Of a stretch of 64,000 nt of DNA, positions 39,911 through 52,160 are shown one piece after another. The stretch's first letter is position 1; each line of letters starts with the position of its first letter. Under the pieces are notes generated by a model that saw nothing but the letters and a program-made list of their open reading frames with translations, had not been told where the DNA came from and did not search any database. The stretch comes from Vicugna vicugna (lineage: Eukaryota), in NCBI GenBank assembly GCA_013265495.1, contig MU057403.1, forward strand, positions 429,481-493,480. The letters are read 5' to 3'. Position numbers and translations under genes: made by a program.

Positions 39911-42149
39911 CAGTTGCTTTAAAATAAAAGGCAGGAAAGGAAGAACCACGGGAGACACCAATGCTTAGTGGACGGGTCCAAGAAGGAACCTGCCAGAGAA
40001 CCCTGATCAGCAATCAGAGGCAGAAGAACAAAGAGAGCATTGTGATGGGGACCAGGTGCCCAGCAAGTGGCCGGCCACTCAGACGCTGCGGGAGGGAGAG
40101 TAAGAGCCCTAACATCCCCTGGACTTGGCGATGCTTTCCAAGAATGGTTCAGTGGGTTTGCAGGTAAAGAAAAGAAACAGCTTGTGGGAGGAAGTTTGGA
40201 GAAGCAGGGCAGTAGGCAGAGGAGAATGGCAGAATGAGTTGTTTTGTTTTTGACTTTGAGATGGTAGAGAACTGAGCCTGAGGAGCAGGAGACAGTCGCA
40301 GGGAAAGGGTGAAGGTTCAGGAAAGAAAAAAATGAAGGGATGGGCCTGGATCTTCGAGGAGACAGGGAGGGACAGGATGGCAGGTGTAACAGGAAGTGTC
40401 AAGGGACAAAAGGCCTGGCAAATTGGACGCCGTAAATCTATCAAACCATCTACCTGGGTGATTTTTTTTTCCCCAGCCATCCTCAGGGGGCAGGTATAGA
40501 AATGTATTAGGCCAGAGGCTGTATTTCTCCCTTGCAGCAGATTTGCAAGGTGGATGTGGCAGAATGTTGAGGGAGCAGGGACCTGACAGTGTTGGTGACA
40601 TGCTACAAACGAGCAGACAAGCAGTCCTGCAGCGTGACGTGTGAGCAGAGGCTGTGACCTTGTAATGGGGCAGTGAAAGGGGCCCTGGCAGGGCAGTTAG
40701 AGTCCCCTCCACTCTCTGGTCTGGAGTCTTCAAGGCCAACTTGATGCGTCAAGTTCAAGCAGATGTCCAGGGGGAGAGCCCCGTCCCTGTCATGACTTGT
40801 CCTGGGAGGCACTCTCCACTGTACGGTTTGGCAGACCATATGTGGGCTGATTCTTTTCTCATCTTTGGCTAATTCTGGTAAGACTTTCTTAAAAGGGGCT
40901 TTCACCAGAAAGTTGAAATTAAAAAAAAAACAAACACAAAACTATCAGAAGTGACAGAAACAGAATTCTTATTTTGAATCCATGAGCATCTGGCCCCAGA
41001 TTGTGGCTTTTACAGCTTATCTGGCAGCCTTTCTGACTCTTGTGCCTTTCCTCTTCCAGATCTGACTGCTCAGGCTGCCAGCTTGAGTTCTAAGTTTTAG
41101 GGGGTCCCTCTCTGCTTACATCCTGGACTTCTCTCTAAATGTGAGATCCCCAGCCACAGGCTCTGATGTTCTTCCTCTGTCATTTCGGGTCCTCCCTGAC
41201 ATCCAGTCCTTTTGAATGGGCCCTTCAAACCTGGTCCCCAGTATTCCTTCCTTGGGTTACAAATCAGCCCACACATGTTTTGTAGCAATCTCTTCTCCTG
41301 CCAGGTTCCTTGTGACTCCAGGTCTTGGGAATTCCTACTTTCGTCTCAGTCAGTTTCTCTCTGTCCCTTTTGACTCGTCTGAGAGATGTCCCCATATCAG
41401 AAGTTCAGGAGGGTTTATTCCAACTTCCTCATCTGTGGTGGATGCCAGCTTCTCAAACAGGATCTGTCCACAGGGCATGACCACTCTCAACTCAGAACTG
41501 GGAAGTTTCCTTTTGCTCTCTCAAGAGCAAGTAACTCCCTCATGGTTCTCTTCATGGGCTCAGATGCAGGAAACGCCTAATTCTCACTTATTCCCGACAG
41601 AGAGGACTGACGATCTAACACTTTCCCTCCCTGGAAGGTCTAATGCCTTCTACTGGTCCAGGGAATTCAAGCATTTTAAAACATGGCAATTCTACTGTTA
41701 ATTGGTATTTCCTTCATTCTGATAATCAACATTGTTGGAAACAGTATGAGTTGAGAGTCTTGTCTCAGAGACACTGAAAGGTGCTACATTGGTCAGATGC
41801 CTAAGGTAGACAAACATTTGAAGTTTATGGATTCCATGTGCATTTTTAATGTTTTCCTGGGAAGGTTTCAATGACATTAGGTGAAAAGGAAGAGAACTAT
41901 GAAGTTTCTTTGAATGAAATGAATGAAGCAAAGAGAACTTGAGGGGCTTCTCTTTCGGCTCCTCCTGCTGTGAAGTGACTTTCTGTGGGTGGGAGGAGTT
42001 TCTGACCCCTAGGGTAATGACAGCGGCTGCTCCAGGAAACAACACAGTGATGCGTTGTAGAGAACACAATCTTTACTGAGTAACATCCGCGGGTCAGCTG
42101 TTATTTATACACATCCGGTGCAGTCCTTCCATGCAGTCGTCCATTTAGA

Positions 42150-42300
42150 CTGCTGTACCTGGACTGGGTGGCTCTGACTTAACAGAAATTTATTTTTCAC
42201 AGTTCTGGAGGCTGCAAGTCCAAGATCATAGCACCTGCAGACCTGGTGTCCGGAGAGAGCTCGGCTCAACATAGATAGTCACACATTCAATCTGTAGCAT
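42150..42300 (-). mobile_element. MLT1 LTR fragment (internally deleted)
   Basis: aacagaaatttatttttcacagttctggaggctgcaagtccaagatcatagcacctgcagacctggtgtc. Confidence 0.8.
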
Positions 42301-43844
42301 CCCTATGGCTATGTTTTTGAGTAAAGATTTTAAAAAGAAAACCCTTGGGTTCAAAGGCCAAGGTCAGAGAGCAGAGCTCAGATTCAAGGCTGACCCTGCT
42401 GACATCTAAGGACCCACTTTGCCCTCTGACTTCATTCTTTATTTTCTCCTCTCTGCTTTACCCCAAATACCCTCACTTGCTTTCTATGGACCTTCTGTGA
42501 TTTCAGTTGGGCAAAGCTGTTTGGACTTTTTAGTAACAAAGATAACTCTCCGATTTAAGGAAAGTTATGTGACTGTAAATCCTATTGGAGGCCTGCTTGT
42601 CGCCGTTTCACAGTTCAATCTTGCAAAGCCATCATAATTCAGAGCATTGCTGGCTTGGTAATTCACTTCATTAACGGTGCTGCCTGAATGAAATACACGG
42701 CAAATTAGAAATAAACAAATCCTTGGAAAGAATGGTAATACATTCAGAAAGCACAGAAGGTGGGGCACGCAGACAGAAGGAGGAAGGAAATGGGGAGGGG
42801 GGAAACATATCATATCAGGGTAAAGAGGGATTTTGTGAGCCCATCTGTACTTTGTGCTCCATGGTTTTGGAAGGCTCTTCTGGAGGATTAATTATGAATC
42901 TGTCTTGTTTATATCTTTACCTTGATTCCCCTCCTGCTCCCTCACCTCCTGTATCCAATTGATTATGAAGTTCTGTCAGCTTTATCTCCAGGAGAGATCT
43001 CAAACCTGTCAGCTTCTCTTTCGGCTGATGGACAGGGGGTGAGGACTTCCGGTGCCCTCCTGTGTCCCGGTCTCCTCTTTTCTCTGGGCACAGAGAATGG
43101 TTGCCCTTTTCTGATAGTAGGGCATGCAGCTAGTTCTGGCCAGGCTGAAGCCTTCAGACAACAGACTAAGACCTGCCAGCCCTTTCTTCTCCTGACACAG
43201 CAATTATGGAAGCAGGTTGCTGAAACCAAGTGGCCCCAAGACTGCAGCACGTGGTGTTTCTAAGTCATGTGGAGCATAGCCTGCCCTAGAAAGACACTCA
43301 GATGTCTAGTGGGCATTTCATGAAACAAACCTTTGTGATGTAAAGCAACTGCCAGTGAGTGATGTCTGTTACCACATCATAGTCTATTCTATCCTGGCTG
43401 GTAGAGCAATCATCTCTCTCCCAGAACCCAGCAGAAGCCTCCCATCTGTCCATCCTTTTTTTTTTTTTCTTCTGATTCTCAGGGATTTAAAAAAAAAAAC
43501 AAACCTCACAAACCCAGATGTAAATTGCCCCCTGAAATCTTCCTGAAAGGTTATTCCCTGAGCTTTCCATTTCTTTACTTTGCACTTTTAAAGTCCCCTC
43601 CTTATTTGAATATTCTTGAAAGTTCTTGATTCTCGAGCCTGGCGTGTTTGTCTATTTTTCAAAAAAAAAAAAATACTAAAGCATAGAAGTTTAGCCACTG
43701 CAAATGTTCAACTCTAAGTTATGTTTCAAACTGTGAAAAGCAAACTGTTTTTAAAGGCTGAAATAAAACCCCAAAACAAAACAAAACAAAAACTCTGTAG
43801 TCTGGCCTTCTCTCATTTCATGTCTCTGCACAGTCACCTTCTTG

Positions 43845-44385
43845 AAATATACGAGGTCACACACATACGTCACTCCCTTGCCCCCAAACCTACTATGGCT
43901 GCCCACCGCATTGTTATTAGGATGAATTGTAAACATGGATTACCAGGTCTGTGAGCTCTGGCCCCTACTTACTCCTCCACACACCCTTTAGCCCTTCAGC
44001 CTTGAGCCCTGCCTGCCTTCTTTCAGTTTCCAAACACTCTGGGGCCTTTGCACCTGTTTCCCCCCCTATCTGGAAAGTACCCCCACCTCCCAAATTAGCG
44101 CTCTTGGATTACCCAGGGGATCTCCACCAAAATGACACTGTCCGGAAGCGCCCTCCATATGCAGGTGGCTCCCCATTACACTCCTGTGTGGCATCCACTG
44201 CTGTTTTAACGATCCCGAGCACAGATCATAATTCTGCCTTCATTCGTGTGGTCCTTTGTTTGATACCTATCTTTCTCCCTAACCAGACTGCAAGCTCCCC
44301 CAAGGAGAGGGACCTCCTTTGCCTGGCTCCCAATGCGTATTAGCTCCTCAGCAAATACCTTCAGGGTGATTAAATCAATGCGTTA
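43845..44385 (+). mobile_element. L2 3' region
   Basis: ggggcctttgcacctgtttcc, ccagactgcaagctcccccaaggagagggacc, cctcagcaaatac. Confidence 0.7.
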
Positions 44386-44444
44386 ATAGGAAGTCGGAGT
44401 TGTGTGCTTATTTTTGAAGTGTAAGGAAAGTGATAGCTGCATTT

Positions 44445-44625
44445 TTTTTTTGAGCATTTACTGTGGCAGGCATGGTACCAAGTGCCTTTTATTGTTTGCT
44501 CTATCATGTACATATCCTGACCATGACACTGTGAGGTAGGGACTAGAGATGCAGAAACTGAGACCTGGATCGGTTAAATAGCACGCGTGTGTCTCCAAGG
44601 CTCGTTAGGCAGCTCGACTCCATAA
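44445..44625 (-). mobile_element. MIR SINE
   Basis: ttgagcatttactgtggcaggcatggtaccaagtg...ctgtgaggtaggg...agatgcagaaactgagac. Confidence 0.8.
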
Positions 44626-45147
44626 CCCATTTCCTTAGCTTGCTTTTTGATTTGGTTTTGTTCCAACTCCAGTTTTTCCAATTTCATAAAACAACAGCAA
44701 CAGGCCCTGATATCACAGCTGTTGTAATCATCAAGGGCCAGATTTATCTTGCCTTTGTTTTTGGAGAGAATTATTGATCTCCTGTGTCTGCATGCTTCCT
44801 ACCAGAGACGACATCTTTTAAAAAATAAGGTCTGTTTATATACACAATGATTAAAAATGTCCAATAATCTGTTCATTGCACGTATGAACCTGAAAATATG
44901 AAAACCTGAAAAGATAAAGTCTTCCAAATGGAGAGTTCTTTTCCATTTGACTTTATCATGTGAAGTTTCTTTGTTTTTTTGCTTTTTAATTTAGACCCAT
45001 CTTTGGAGGTAAAAATATCAATTTCCTTTTTCATGGACACATCCAATAATGAAATGAAAATCAGACTTCATTTGGGCACACTTTATCAATTAAATCTGAT
45101 TTTTGTTAAACGTGTCTTACAAGCTCTCCTTTTAAAGCAATCACTTT

Positions 45148-45490
45148 GAATAGATGGAGAACTAGGGATTTTTAGGGTAATGAAATCATTTGGCATGATA
45201 CTATAGTGGTGGCTACATGCCATTATGCATTTGTCAAAACCCATAGAAAAAATGTGATACATCAAGAGTGAACCCTAATGTAAACTACAGACTTTGGTTG
45301 ATAATAATGTGCCCATGTTGGTTCATTAATTGCACCAAATATGCCACACTGATGAGGATGTTGAGGGTGGAGGAGTATATATGTGTGAGTGGGGAGGGCT
45401 GTGTGTGAATTCTGTATTTTCTGCTCAATTCTGCTGTAAACCTGAAACTGCTCTAAAAGAATAAAGTCTATTTAATAACTGAATAAATAA
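45148..45490 (+). mobile_element. L1MC-type 3' end with degenerate TSD
   Basis: gagtgaaccctaatgtaaactacagactttggttgataataatgtg...aaacctgaaactgctctaaaagaataaagtctattt; flanks aaagcaatcactt / aaagcagtcaatt. Confidence 0.9.
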
Positions 45491-46084
45491 AGCAGTCAAT
45501 TTTTAATCTCTTTCATGAAACAGCACATACCTGAATGAGAAGTCACTCCAGCCATCAGAGAGATGCAAAAATCTGCAAGCCGGCTTGGAGACTTTATCTA
45601 ACAAAACGAAAAAGTAAGTTCTACTCTTTGCATTTAATATAATTTTCAAATAAGTGTTTTGTACTCAAAACTGTTTCACAGCTCTTTGAAATCATTTGGA
45701 AAATAAGATTGTTTATGTGCAGGCATGACCTTGGGTTTGGAGAAGCCCCGGTGGGTCAGGACGGATGGACCAGGGGTCGAAGAGTGCAGACCAGGGTCGG
45801 CCCCTGGCAGTGGGGACTCTAGCTGTCTGTCTCTGGATCCACACAGTCACTGGAAATTTGGTCGTCTTGCCAGCTAAACTTTTCTAGGCCCTCACTCTTT
45901 TTGAGAAACCTTTTCTAAGCGGGAGTGGAGTTGCTTACAATCCCAGAAGGTAAACAGGCTGACCCCTGGTCCCAGCTGCAGTTCACGCCGTTTCCCCACA
46001 CCTGCGTACAGGTGGAGAGCTTCCAGCACTGCCTTCTCCAAACTAGGGGAAAGGAGATCTAAAAACTCCTAGCTTCCTACAGAG

Positions 46085-46310
46085 AAGAGTCACAATCAGT
46101 GTGACGGGGAGGAGGAAGTGCGTGTGTGTGTGCCCTGGGCCTGTGGTCACACCTGTCAGTCTCCCTCCCAGGAGCTCGCGTTTCGGATGGCGTTTGGCTG
46201 AGCGCTTGCCTGGCAAAGTTGGGACAGTTGTTCAGGGTACGAGGTGTAGCAGATTTCCTCACGGCAGCCTCGTGCAGTGGAGACCCAGAGAGCTTTCTGC
46301 TCCGTATTTT
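46085..46310 (+). promoter_or_regulatory. Candidate enhancer or non-island promoter/first exon
   Basis: Unique sequence with about 11 CpG in ~210 bp, ETS/PU.1-type GAGGAAGT at 46112-46119, RUNX-type TGTGGTC at 46142-46148, donor-like AGG/GTACGA at 46236/46237. Confidence 0.3.
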
Positions 46311-46526
46311 TCTCCTTTTCTTCCTAATAATCAATCTCTCCCTCTCCCCTTCTCATTGTTCTCCCCTCTCTCCCTTTATGTCTCTCCCACTCACGTGAAC
46401 TGACACATCTCGTCTTCTTTTAATGTTACAAAGTGTTTGTGGGAGGAAGCAGATAAAGCTGCCCTAGAATCCATTTCTTTTTTATTTCTAAACATTTTGG
46501 CTAAGGAGAATTACATTTTGCTAAGC

Positions 46527-46656
46527 TTTTTTTTTGGTGGGGGTGCGTAGAGACCATTAAGTCTATTTATTTATTTCTTAATGGAAGTACTGGGGACTGA
46601 ACCCAGGACCCCCTGCATGCTAAGCATGTGCTCTACCACTGAGCTATACCCTCCCC
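46527..46656 (-). mobile_element. Vic-1-like SINE
   Basis: gtactggggactgaacccaggaccccctgcatgctaagcatgtgctctaccactgagctataccctcccc. Confidence 0.93.
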
Positions 46657-46823
46657 TCAATGGTGTCTTCATACCCAGTTGAGAGATTGAACTTGGTAAC
46701 CATATCAGTAAATGCTGGCCCCAACAACAACCTTGATAAGGTATTTAACCTCCCTGGGTTTGTTTCCTCCTCTGTAAAATAGGAGATTAATGTGTAATTC
46801 ATAGGACTATTGTGACATTTAAA

Positions 46824-46917
46824 TTTTTATTTATTTTAAATGGAGGTACTGGTGATGGAACCCAGGACCTAGTGCATGCTAAACATGCACTCTGCCACTT
46901 GAGTTATACTCTCCCCC
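46824..46917 (-). mobile_element. Vic-1-like SINE, short form, next to a MIR remnant
   Basis: tggaggtactggtgatggaacccaggacctagtgcatgctaaacatgcactctgccacttgagttatactctcccc. Confidence 0.9.
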
Positions 46918-47969
46918 CATTTACTTTCTTCTTTGGCGGTTGACCTGGAGGAAAGGAAACCAGGGTAGACAACCTGGTCTGAACGCCTTTCATCTGGACC
47001 GCTGGGTAATAGACTAATGATATTTGTTGGGAGGAAGAAACTTATGTATTGAAAGTTCTAGCAGGCTGCTCCCTGCCTGAGGTATTGTATACATTAAATG
47101 GAACCCAAGATCCATGATCCAGGTGTCCCTGGAGAGTGGCACACAGGGTGGCTGTCTAACTGTCTGGATATTCAGGGAGATGTTTCAGACTTTAAATGTT
47201 CCTGCTGTGTAAGGAACACCATGGATCTCACTTAAAGACCTCATCTGCTATTCTGAGCCAGAGAGGTGCACATCCAGTGCAGGAAGACAGGACCCAGACG
47301 GCCACCCTTGGTGTCCCAGGTGCCTCTCTGCTTTGTCTGAGCCTCTTGACTGCCTGGATCCTTGCAGTTATTACGAAAGCCTGATACCTGGTTAGAGCTC
47401 TGATTTGAGAGAATCTGGTTTGACAATCCAACGCTGTATGTCCAACGCTCAGTTTATTTCAAAGGATAGCGCTATTAATTTTTTTGTTCTCTTTTCCTTA
47501 AATTCCAACTGATGGGCCCTAAGCTTCCGAGAGAAATCCACTGTGCTGAGTTCCTTTGATTGGCTGCGCCTGATGCACTCCCCCCCACCCCCATCCACAG
47601 CTGAGTCTGTCTTTGCCCTGAGAGGCCCACTGACAGGGACGTCATATAGGCCCCTGGCTCCTTTGTCATCTGGTTTTCTTTGGATTTGACCCAGAGAGGT
47701 GGGTACTAGAAACTGATCAGAAAGAAGGAGCAAGGGAAAGAAGCTTTCTTCTTGTGGTGGTGTGCAGGTGAATGACATCCTTGACGGAAGGAAGGTATTA
47801 GTTACATCCTGAATGAAGGCCATGACTTTTGTTAAGTGTCTCTCTCTCTCTCCTTTTTCTCTCCTTTCCTTCCGTTGGACTCTTGCCAGCACAGGAGTAG
47901 CTCTTAATAGTCCCCTGATATTGTACTTGCCTTTTCCTACATCCAGTTCAGGCCTTTGGAAAAAGTCCC

Positions 47970-48446
47970 TTTTTTTTTCCTTTCCTTTTTTTTTTTTGTA
48001 TTGAAGTATAGTTGATTTACAATGTTGTGTTAGCTTCTGGTGTACAGCATAGTGATTCAGTTATACGTATCTATATATTTTTCATCTTCTTTTTCATTTA
48101 ACTTATTACAAGCTATTAAATATAGTTCTCTGAGCTATACAGTTGGTCCTTATTGTTTATCTATTCTGAATATAGTAGTTTGTATCTGCTAATCTCAAAC
48201 TCCTAATTTATCCCTCCCTACTATTTCCCTTTGGGAACCATAAGTTAAGTTTTTTGTGTCTGTGAGTCTCCTTCTGTTTTGTAAATAAGTTCATTTGTGG
48301 TTTTTTTTTAGATTCCACATATAAGTGATATCATGATATTTATCTCTCTCTATCTGACTTATTTGACTTAGTATGATGATCTCTAGGTCCACCCATGTTG
48401 CTGCAAATGGCATTATTTCATTCTTTTTTATGGATGAGTAGTAGTC

Positions 48447-48488
<42 letters not shown>

Positions 48489-49064
48489 TTTTTTCCAGAT
48501 GTATGCCTACGAGTGGGATTGCTAGATCATATGGTAACCCCACTTTTGGTTTTTTAAGGAATCGCCATACTGTTGTCCATAGTGGCTGCACCAAATTACA
48601 TTACCACCAACAATGTTGGAGGGTTCCCTTTTCTCCACACCCTCTCTAGTATTTATTGTTTGTGGACTTTTGAATGATGGCCATTCTGACCAGTGTGAGG
48701 TGATACCTCACTGTAGTTTTGATTTGCATTTCTCCAATAATTATCGATATTGAGCATCTTTTTTTAAACTTCACTTTTTGTTAGTTTGCATGCTTTTTTA
48801 AAAAACAGTTTTAAACATAAACTTATTGTTTTATTTTTACATTTTATTTTTTGAAGGGGACAAGGTAATTAGGTTTTTTAATTTATTTCCTTATTTTTTA
48901 ATAGCGGTACTGGGGACTGAACCCAGGACCTCGTGCTTGCTAAGCATGTACTCTACCACTGAGCTATACCCTCTTCCGGAGCATCTTTTCATGTTCCTAT
49001 TGGCCATCTGGATGTCTTCATTGGAGAAATGTCTGTTTAGGTCTTCTGTCCATTTTCTGACTGG
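47970..49064 (-). mobile_element. Lineage-specific L1 3' portion containing (TG)n and a nested SINE
   Basis: tattgaagtatagttgatttacaatgttgtg...gatggccattctgaccagtgtgaggtgatacctcactgtagttttgatttgcatttc...ttggagaaatgtctgtttaggtcttctg; (TG)n at ~48449-48484. Confidence 0.95.
48763..48977 (-). mobile_element. Vic-1-like SINE nested in L1, 11-bp TSD
   Basis: TSD gagcatctttt at 48752-48762 and 48979-48989. Confidence 0.93.
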
Positions 49065-49791
49065 GGGGAAGTGCCTTCTCTAAGCTTTTCTTAAATGAGG
49101 CAGTTTGAGCAGGCCATTGTTTTTGCCGGGACCCTCGCTTATCATAGATTGACTTGATTGAATGCTTACAAATGCTCCTCTTCTTACACAAGAAATTAAC
49201 TGAATTTTCAGGGGGACCTAAAGTAGCTCATGCGTCGTAGATGGCGCTGCACACCTGTTTTGATCACGTTGGAGGCATTGTTCTGCTTGTTGTTTGTCGG
49301 TCTCTTTCTGAAACATTTCTCTAGGGACTCAGATTTCCAAACCTCTTGCAGCATCATCCATGCGGCAGACCTGTGGCACCATGCCTCATGAAAAGTAGAA
49401 CTTGGGAAAATTGGTCCTTGCCCCACCATTCCCGTTGACAAGCCAGTTGTATTTCTTGCCCGACGTGTGAATCAGTGTGTGGAAGTTACAGTTGACTCTC
49501 TTCACGGGAACTGCTTTTTCTCTCCCAAGGTGACCAAAGTTCTCAACATAAAGGTGACCCATAGCTGTGCTTTGGAGCAAAGCACTTGAGTCGATGTGAC
49601 AGAAAGTTCCTTAATCACGGAAGGTGATTTTTGTTTCTTTCAAGGCAGAGAATTTTACAACTCTTTTATGTGCATCAGCAAGCATGGCTAATTGCAGTAT
49701 GCTGATGAAATTTCTTGTGAGTATCCTCTTATGTTTTCCCCTGTCCGTTAAACCATTGATGTCGCTCTGTTGCTGACTCTGGGCTCTTTCT

Positions 49792-50111
49792 TCAGTCTTC
49801 ATTGGTCTGAAACATTGTGGACTAAGATGGACAGCTTGAATACCCACACAATCATTGTAAAAAAAATAAAAACAGCAGAAAAGATTACAAATAACCTTTG
49901 CCATACTGAAAAATGAGCAAACTGTCAGTGATATGAAGGCTAGGTTGCATTTTTAGTACAGTATAATATTTTATCTAGGAAATAACCTGGTGAAAAGGAG
50001 TGGGACGGAGAAACCCAGAGAAACATTCAGGGGAAAAGGATGAGGTAGGAAAAATACTTAGAAAACTTTAGATTTAAAGTGAGACAAAGAACAAGAGAAG
50101 ATAAAAAATCT
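49792..50111. repeat. Inverted copy of unique sequence 51202-51515 (roughly 85% identical by eye)
   Basis: tcattggtctgaaacattgtggactaagatggacagcttgaata...actttagatttaaagtgaga is the reverse complement of tcttactttaaatctaaagt...tattcaagctgtccgtcttagtccacattgtttcagaccaatga. Confidence 0.95.
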
Positions 50112-50449
50112 CCATAGTGGCTGCACCAAATTACATTACCACCAATAACACAGGAGGGTTCCCTTTCCTCCACACCCGCTCTAGTATTTATTGTTTGTGG
50201 ATTTTTGAATGATGGCCATTCTGACAAGTGTCAGGTGATACCTCATTGTAGTTTTGATTTGCATTTCTCTGATAATTTACCAATATTGAGCATTTTTTAA
50301 CTTTACTTTTTGTTAGTTTACATGCTTGCTTTTTTTTAACAATTTTAAAAATGAATTTATACATTTTATTTTTACATTTTATTTTTTGAAGGGGATGAGA
50401 TAAGGTTTCTTTCTTTATTTTTTAATAGAAGTGCTGGGGATTGAACTCA
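50111..50449. repeat. Direct copy of 48576-48925 spanning the L1/SINE junction
   Basis: Shares private SINE-tail sequence (actttttgttagttt.catgctt; ttttatttttacattttattttttgaagggga) at the same L1 position; both ends fall in the middle of elements. Confidence 0.93.
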
Positions 50450-51684
50450 TTTTTTTCCGGTTGTTTTGTATTTGGTGCTAAGACTTATTCTTGGCTATTC
50501 TTAAGGGGGATGCGTTTCCCTTAAGCACACAGTTTTCAACCAGCTCGTGTAATTAGCCTGAACTGGTATTCTGTTTGGCAAAAGTCTAAAGAAAGTAAGC
50601 ATGAATTGCCCCTTGTTATGAAAGTATTATTTTGCACACAGGAGACTAATTTTTTCAATTGTATTGTCTGTTGTCAGGATTCGTGCATTTTACAGCCTTA
50701 CAGGGGACAATTGGAAAAATTCATTCAGTGTGTGGTGATAAAAAGCAATTTCATTTTCTTAGAAATAATTATTTGGCTCTGTTTTTGTCACAGTCTGTTA
50801 AAGACTTAGAATTTTGTGTTTCTCCAGCCTGTTTGTCCCTTTCTGATTGCTAAAATAGAATTTAGGAAGGCGCCATTAGAATGGGAGGGAAACAGTCCTC
50901 TTTTTCCGCTGGTCTTGACTACATTTTTTGAATAAAAGAAAATTAAACATTTGCCTTTGAGAAGATCGCTGAGATGGGGTACTATGTATCACAACCCTTT
51001 GTTCTGTGCTTAGGACTGTGAGCTCATGGTGCTGTCCATGCTGCCATTAACAGGGCTCCACACATAGTAGTTGCTCAGTAAATATTTGTGGAATAAACTA
51101 ATGAACGAATTAATATACCTGTTAGGTCTTTAGAGCATTTCTCTACCATCTCTAGTTTCTAGTTCTTAAAAAATGATCCTTAGACTTCAACTCCTTGGAG
51201 CAGATTTTTTAACTTCTCTGATTCTTTCTCTTACTTTAAATCTAAAGTTTTTAAAGTTTTTTCCTACTTCATCCTTTTTCCTTGAATGTTTCTCTGGATT
51301 TCTCCATCCCAATCCTCTTCACTACGTATTTCTTGGATAAAATATTACACTGTACAAAAAATGCTATGTAGCCATCTTATCACTGCTAATTTGTTCACTT
51401 TTCAGTATGGCAAAGATTATTTGTAATCTTTTCTGTTGGTTTATTTTTTAACAATGGGTATGTGGATATTCAAGCTGTCCGTCTTAGTCCACATTGTTTC
51501 AGACCAATGAACTGATTTTTCTAAGAGCAGATACTTCCCAGGGGCTGACCCAGTAAATGAACTCATTTCTCTCCATCTTAGGTTTTCCTGCCTCTGCTGC
51601 TGTGCTTTTTTTCTTCCTGTGTTCCTCTTCCGTTTTCCCAGATGATCCTGCATCCCAAGAAAATGTACTTCTGTATTGGTTCAG

Positions 51685-52160
51685 TTTCCACTGTTTGGTC
51701 AGGGTAGATGAACTGCTCTAACAAAATCTCCCAAAGCGCAATGTCATAATGCAATATTGTATTCTCTCTTCAACAATGAACAGTATACATATTCCTTCCT
51801 GATCAGGCAACTCTCCTCTGAGTATTGATCAGGGATTCTGGCTCCTTTCCATCCTCCAGTGCAGCTCTTCTTCAACAGGTGACCCCAGGTTCCTGCTGAA
51901 GGAGGTGATATGGAGGAAGCACACAAAGATTGGAGGGGACGCACATCACTCCCATTCACATTCCACTGGCTGAAACTAGCCCACCTAGATGTTTGGGGTC
52001 ATGTGGGCAGTTTTGGCCAATAGAATGTGAGTGGAGTTGGTGTGTGGTTGGTGTTGGGGAATGTAGTGCTTGGCTGGGAAGCTTCTTACAGCAACAACTA
52101 TATGCTGTGGAAAGGGTGCACCGATCAGTGACACCAATCAGATATTTCTGCACCATGTAG
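51685..52160 (-). mobile_element. Old MLT1 (J/K/L-like) LTR
   Basis: gatcagggattctggctcctttccatc, cacatcactcccattcacattccactggctgaaactagc, tgggaatgtagt. Confidence 0.6.
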
